DNA from: a virus
Lineage: Duplodnaviria; Caudoviricetes
Reading direction: 5' to 3' (one strand)
Length of the DNA stretch: 38,254 bases
Virus record (IMG/VR): IMGVR_UViG_3300027828_000060
Span: 1 to 38,254 of that record
Part shown: piece after piece, positions 36,458-38,254 of the stretch
How the letters are laid out: every line of letters begins with the position of its first letter
Position numbering within the stretch: position 1 is the stretch's first letter
Program-made: the position numbers and the translations under genes
Notes under the pieces: model-generated
Told to the model about the DNA's origin: nothing
Database searches by the model: none
Seen by the model: only the letters and a program-made list of their open reading frames with translations

Positions 36458-36907
36458 CTAGTCGTTAGAATCACCGCTTTGAGCAATGCGAGCATCCAAA
36501 ACAGATTGAATTAATGCATTGTCTTCTTCGGTGTTGTTGTCATCTAACAACATTTGCTGCAAGTCTTCAGTTGATTCCAACTCAAGCTGCGCAGTCATGA
36601 CTTTGGTGGCAATGTCCAACTGACGTTGCTCAACTTCCTGATCTAATCGTTCAAGCAGAGACTTTCGGTTTTCACCTTTAATTTCTGCAATAATTGCGTC
36701 AGACAATTGCGCATCAGTTAAATCGTTAACGCGCTTTTTGATGTCGTTTACGTTGTCTTCAAGAAAAGCAACAACATCAAACGATGAAGTTTGAATGCCT
36801 TCAAGGTAGTGGGCATCAACTGGTCGCGCATCGCCGGGCCGAACCGCAACACTACCAAAATATTGAATCTTGCTAGTGTTGTTTTGGTACATAACTTTTT
36901 TACTCAT
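36458..36907 (-). CDS. Capsid-associated/packaging accessory protein
   Basis: 149 aa after the capsid gene, with a helical EIKGENRKSLLERL motif. Confidence 0.55.
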   Translation of the reverse strand: MSKKVMYQNNTSKIQYFGSVAVRPGDARPVDAHYLEGIQTSSFDVVAFLEDNVNDIKKRVNDLTDAQLSDAIIAEIKGENRKSLLERLDQEVEQRQLDIATKVMTAQLELESTEDLQQMLLDDNNTEEDNALIQSVLDARIAQSGDSND

Positions 36908-36927
36908 CGGTACTCTCCAGAAAATTT

Positions 36928-36963
36928 AAAAAAGGCCCCATCAGATAAACAGCACTAATGGGG
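36928..36963 (-). terminator. Intrinsic terminator after the capsid gene
   Basis: Minus strand CCCCATTAG-N10-CTGATGGGG-CC-TTTTTT. Confidence 0.65.
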
Positions 36964-36982
36964 TATCGCTAACAACCAGGGA

Positions 36983-38254
36983 CTAACGATTAGTGAAGGA
37001 GTAATACAGCACCGAAGTGAAACGGTTGTGCAAAGGCTTTGGCGCTTTAATACAGTTGTACTCTTCGCCGTAAGCTTCCTTGGTACCGTTAAGCTGACCA
37101 TTGGCGTCTCTCCCTTCGACCATTTCACTCATGGTCCAGGGTTTGGCAATCACATAACTCATTGCGTTGCGCACGCCCATCAGGATCCGCTCGTCGCCTA
37201 AATCGATTCCTGGTGCATTGGTACCGAACGACGGTAAACCTTTAACCGTCGCCAGATCGCCCTGCATGTTGGTATTGGTACCATCACGCTTGCGCTCAGC
37301 GGCAAACTGTTCGGCATTGGTGCACTCATCGTTGAGAGTCGGCGACATTAACAGAAACTCAGGTTTCACAAAGTGAGTTGAATCCAGATAAGCCTTACGT
37401 TTACCCACAGCGCGTAACAGGCTGTTCAGGTGAACTTCTGGCGTTGTGCCACCAGGTACATCCGCATCAACTTTAACCACGTTAGTTGCGTAGCTATAGC
37501 CAATGGTTGCCGTAGCTTGGGTAGGTGTTACGGCAGCACCGGCCTCATCAACAAATGAGACGTACCCTAGGTTATAGTTTGAAATGACATAGTAGGTACC
37601 CGCCGCCTGTTCGCCACTTCCGTCCCAGGGCAGAATTGCAGTACCGTTAAAATCAACGGTAATCAAATTTTCACCAAAACCGATTGTGTTACCGGCCATA
37701 TCATATTGTTGATGTGGCCGAACGATCGGGAACTGAGCTGTTTTAATAGTCGACGTAGCACCATCCAGCTGAGGCGCGATATTTTCTGCAGCGACCACTT
37801 GGGCTCCGTAAGCATCAGAAACACGTTGCATTTCGTTGGCAATTCGTCGAGCGACTAATTCACGCATCAGACGCGCAGCGCTTGCAACATTGCGGCCCCA
37901 GGCATCCCAGTTAACACCACTGGCACGAGTCAGGTGCATCACTTCATTGGATACATCGATCGCAACTTTCATTGCGTTCATGTAACCCAAATCCATTTTT
38001 TGTTTAACTTTGGCTTTTGGAATGCCCTGACGTTCAAACACAATACCGTCATTAACAACGCCAGATACGTCGCGTTCCTCGTAAGGAATTTGAGTCGTCG
38101 CTTGGGCGCCAGCGTCGGTGTAGCTTTGAACCAGGTTTAAAATATTAAGGTCGGACAGCGCTTCACGGATAACTTCACGCTGGAATGCAACCGGTAAATC
38201 GGTATCGACAATACTGGTTTCACCTGCCAGGGCTAACACGTTCGATTTGATCGC
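36983..38254 (-). CDS. Major capsid protein (C-terminal 423 aa; start lies beyond the right edge)
   Basis: Frame open to 38254. HK97-fold hallmarks: LPVAFQREVIRE, VFERQGIP, KVAIDVSNE, PEFLLMSP, LATVKGLP, AYGEEY. Confidence 0.85.
   Translation of the reverse strand, partial: AIKSNVLALAGETSIVDTDLPVAFQREVIREALSDLNILNLVQSYTDAGAQATTQIPYEERDVSGVVNDGIVFERQGIPKAKVKQKMDLGYMNAMKVAIDVSNEVMHLTRASGVNWDAWGRNVASAARLMRELVARRIANEMQRVSDAYGAQVVAAENIAPQLDGATSTIKTAQFPIVRPHQQYDMAGNTIGFGENLITVDFNGTAILPWDGSGEQAAGTYYVISNYNLGYVSFVDEAGAAVTPTQATATIGYSYATNVVKVDADVPGGTTPEVHLNSLLRAVGKRKAYLDSTHFVKPEFLLMSPTLNDECTNAEQFAAERKRDGTNTNMQGDLATVKGLPSFGTNAPGIDLGDERILMGVRNAMSYVIAKPWTMSEMVEGRDANGQLNGTKEAYGEEYNCIKAPKPLHNRFTSVLYYSFTNR

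Larger units (their letters stand above)
1..38254. mobile_element. Temperate siphovirus-like phage genome (partial, excised/attP form)
   Basis: Terminase, capsid, tail tube, tape measure, tail fibre, lysis, repressor/CII, primase, Int/Xis and attP are present. No host housekeeping genes and no sheath gene seen. Confidence 0.96.

Noticed and set aside
22891-36972. GGGTATCGCTAA shared at 22891 and 36961, both at 3' ends of structural genes
   Set aside because: 12-bp matches are expected many times by chance in 38 kb, and no third intergenic copy was seen.
2027-38140. Numerous antisense and alternate-frame ORFs nested in long genes (e.g. 2726-3295, 17756-18244, 26963-27349, 34726-35319)
   Set aside because: They overlap well-supported genes and show no motifs or translation signals.

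Overview
The whole window is a temperate, long-tailed (siphovirus-like) phage genome, probably from a Gram-negative gammaproteobacterial host. It is almost entirely coded on the minus strand and cut at both edges, inside the terminase large subunit on the left and the major capsid protein on the right. It appears to be the excised or free form, because an intact attP (tRNA-Leu-like 3' core flanked by arm repeats) sits next to the integrase with phage genes on both sides. Modules, right to left: capsid, DUF5675-type endolysin, head-tail connector, tail tube, frameshifted tail chaperones, tape measure, tail tip and fibres, a three-gene accessory operon, repressor/RHH/CII switch, early genes with a small tyrosine recombinase and a 914-aa primase-helicase, HNH, Xis, Int, attP, a lipoprotein, a CGTGG repeat array, a XerC/D-like recombinase, a Mor-like activator, TerS, holin and spanins, a fibre-like module and TerL. 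The most interesting element is an unannotated 52-aa secreted Cys-loop peptide co-operonic with two membrane proteins, abutting a repressor that lacks a protease domain. This is a candidate phage peptide-signalling system. Also notable are three tyrosine recombinases and a tail-tip gene that appears split by a 4.2-kb fibre cassette. Product calls come from motif recognition by eye; no database search was run.
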